From: Tubiluchus corallicola
Lineage: Eukaryota > Animalia > Priapulida
Assembly (NCBI GenBank): GCA_030141605.1
Contig: JAQGDQ010000324.1
Coordinates: 1 to 64,000, forward strand
Direction: 5' to 3'
DNA: 64,000 bases
Program-made: the position numbers and the translations under genes
Shown here: piece after piece, positions 63,401 through 64,000 of the stretch
How positions within the stretch are numbered: position 1 is the stretch's first letter
Layout of the letters: every line of letters starts with the position of its first letter
Notes under the pieces: generated by a model
Told to the model about the DNA's origin: nothing
Seen by the model: the letters and a program-made list of their open reading frames with translations, nothing else
Databases searched by the model: none

Positions 63401-63586
63401 AAAAGCTACAGAAAATTATCAGAAATTTCATCTATGCAACTCAGTAAATTTCGCCAAAACCAAAAATTTCGTTTCGGTAGCATCCCTACGTGCTGTGTGA
63501 GTAAGAAAAATTGAAAACTTTACCTCAATTGCCAATCTTCGTTGATGTATTTTGGACCTCAAATCATCCCAGCCATCACAGATCTC
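48410..63586 (-). CDS. ACTN: Alpha-actinin, 3' portion (later spectrin repeats and EF-hand domain); gene continues beyond the window end
   Basis: Phase-consistent exons: 63524-63586, 62406-62546 ([36 protein letters not shown]), 60181-60339 ([15 protein letters not shown]...NPYT), 56578-56662, 56018-56217 ([18 protein letters not shown]), 54462-54515 ([17 protein letters not shown]), 53196-53264 (LRVGWEQL), 51728-51886 ([26 protein letters not shown]), 49291-49449, 48410-48568 (ends [15 protein letters not shown]). Confidence 0.96.
48650..49207 (+). mobile_element. Rex1/Babar-clade LINE 3' fragment in the last alpha-actinin intron
   Basis: KKA.Q.LYFLR.L..F......[17 protein letters not shown] motif, later HP....F..LPSGRR; tail AATAAA followed by (CTTA)n. 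Confidence 0.8.
49645..50214. mobile_element. MITE with ATAT target duplication (Sola1-like)
   Basis: ATAT|GTGTGC..T..A..CAAA..CGTCCATAAGTCGGC ... GCCGACTTATGGACG..TTTG..T.CA.GCACAC|ATAT. Superfamily assignment is inference. Confidence 0.7.
50943..51389. mobile_element. Tc1/mariner-type MITE with internal AACTCAAA repeats
   Basis: TA|CAGTAAACTT...AAGTTTACTG|TA. Confidence 0.75.
51425..51545 (-). mobile_element. tRNA-derived SINE remnant
   Basis: Minus strand reads ...GGTCGCTGGTTCAACTCCCGATCGAGTCATACATAGACCTAAAAAAT (B box plus the same core as 29320-29460). Confidence 0.55.
52118..52507. repeat. 44-bp minisatellite, ~8.5 copies
   Basis: Unit aagagaaaactaaagataggacttcaagtacgtgtgtgtatgaY. Confidence 0.95.
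53493..53581. mobile_element. MITE family B, minimal 89-bp copy
   Basis: TA|CAGTCAACCTCGGATATAAGGGAC...CCTTATACCCGAGGGTGACTG|TA. Confidence 0.8.
54862..55351. mobile_element. Kolobok-like element, second copy
   Basis: Colinear with 24019-24556 apart from a ~45-bp deletion; TTAA flanks. Confidence 0.85.
56915..57496. mobile_element. MITE family A, degenerate copy
   Basis: Shares gcaac.agagcttcaaaaggaaaccactaga and downstream blocks with 1910-2336; ends TGCCTACTG|TA. Confidence 0.65.
57540..57720. repeat. ~92-bp tandem duplication
   Basis: taagaacaatggaacagctggaaaatgtacagcgttaaaaat...aataactaaattggat occurs twice. Confidence 0.85.
58720..59106. mobile_element. MITE family B, inverted copy
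   Basis: TA|CAGTCAACCTCGGGTATAAGG...CCTTATATCCGAGGTTGACTG|TA. Confidence 0.85.
59610..60032. mobile_element. Interspersed repeat, probable Kolobok-like family 2, inverted copy
   Basis: Reverse complement of 33396-33830. Confidence 0.65.
60361..60895. repeat. 45-bp minisatellite, ~12 copies
   Basis: Unit tagtatctacaccgatttatgtcactactgttttttacgtcgatg. Confidence 0.95.
61400..61810. repeat. Interspersed repeat (copy of 42545-42974)
   Basis: Direct similarity as above. Confidence 0.65.
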
Positions 63587-64000
63587 CTAAAACGAAAAAC
63601 GAAAAAGTTGCGCAAAGCAAATTACCTTGAGTGCAAAGCAACATTAGCTAAATTTAACCTAAATTGCTCTCAAAGAAGCAAACAATCACTAATAAGCTCG
63701 GCTCACAGCATAATTACAGTCACACCAAGGCCGGCCACAAAAAATTTGTTTCTGTCTTACCTCATGAGCTCAGGTGATGTCAGAAGGGAAGGAAGAAAAA
63801 ATGCTTCTTTGTTTTTTTTCAAAAAAAATTTTCCCTCCCTTCATGAGTATTTAAAATTGTATAATTATTAATTATTGTATAGTCTCTTTTTTGCATCATG
63901 AATATATGCTGCTTATTATGCTATAAGTGGCAACACTACTCAGCCGGTAATTTGGCAGAAAATTCGATACTTTTTAGTCTCCAATACAATGAGCACCATA

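Overview
AT-rich, intron-rich eukaryotic (invertebrate animal-like) genomic DNA; almost all ORFs in the supplied track are spurious or exon fragments. Manual splice-aware reading gives three intact multi-exon genes and one pseudogene. (1) A minus-strand dual-specificity-phosphatase-domain gene (~6.4-25.3 kb) whose active-site loop reads HSLDGNSR, i.e. the catalytic Cys is Ser (predicted pseudophosphatase); it has two phase-compatible candidate N-terminal exons. (2) A frameshifted, intronless BTB-BACK pseudogene (~28.35-29.06 kb, minus). (3) A plus-strand MOK-like CMGC kinase with a TEY activation loop (31.2-44.6 kb). (4) The 3' half of alpha-actinin (48.4 kb to beyond the window end, minus). 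The pseudophosphatase and the kinase are head-to-head and each has an RFX X-box-like motif near its 5' end; a third X-box lies at 1.3 kb. The rest is MITEs (Tc1/mariner-, hAT-, Kolobok-, Sola- and Harbinger-like), L2 and Rex/Babar LINE 3' ends, tRNA-derived SINE remnants, microsatellites and minisatellites, including a 72-bp array that appears to have evolved from a ~36-bp monomer. No prokaryotic features, CRISPR arrays, rRNA or intact tRNA genes were seen. Coordinates were read by eye and may be off by a few bases.
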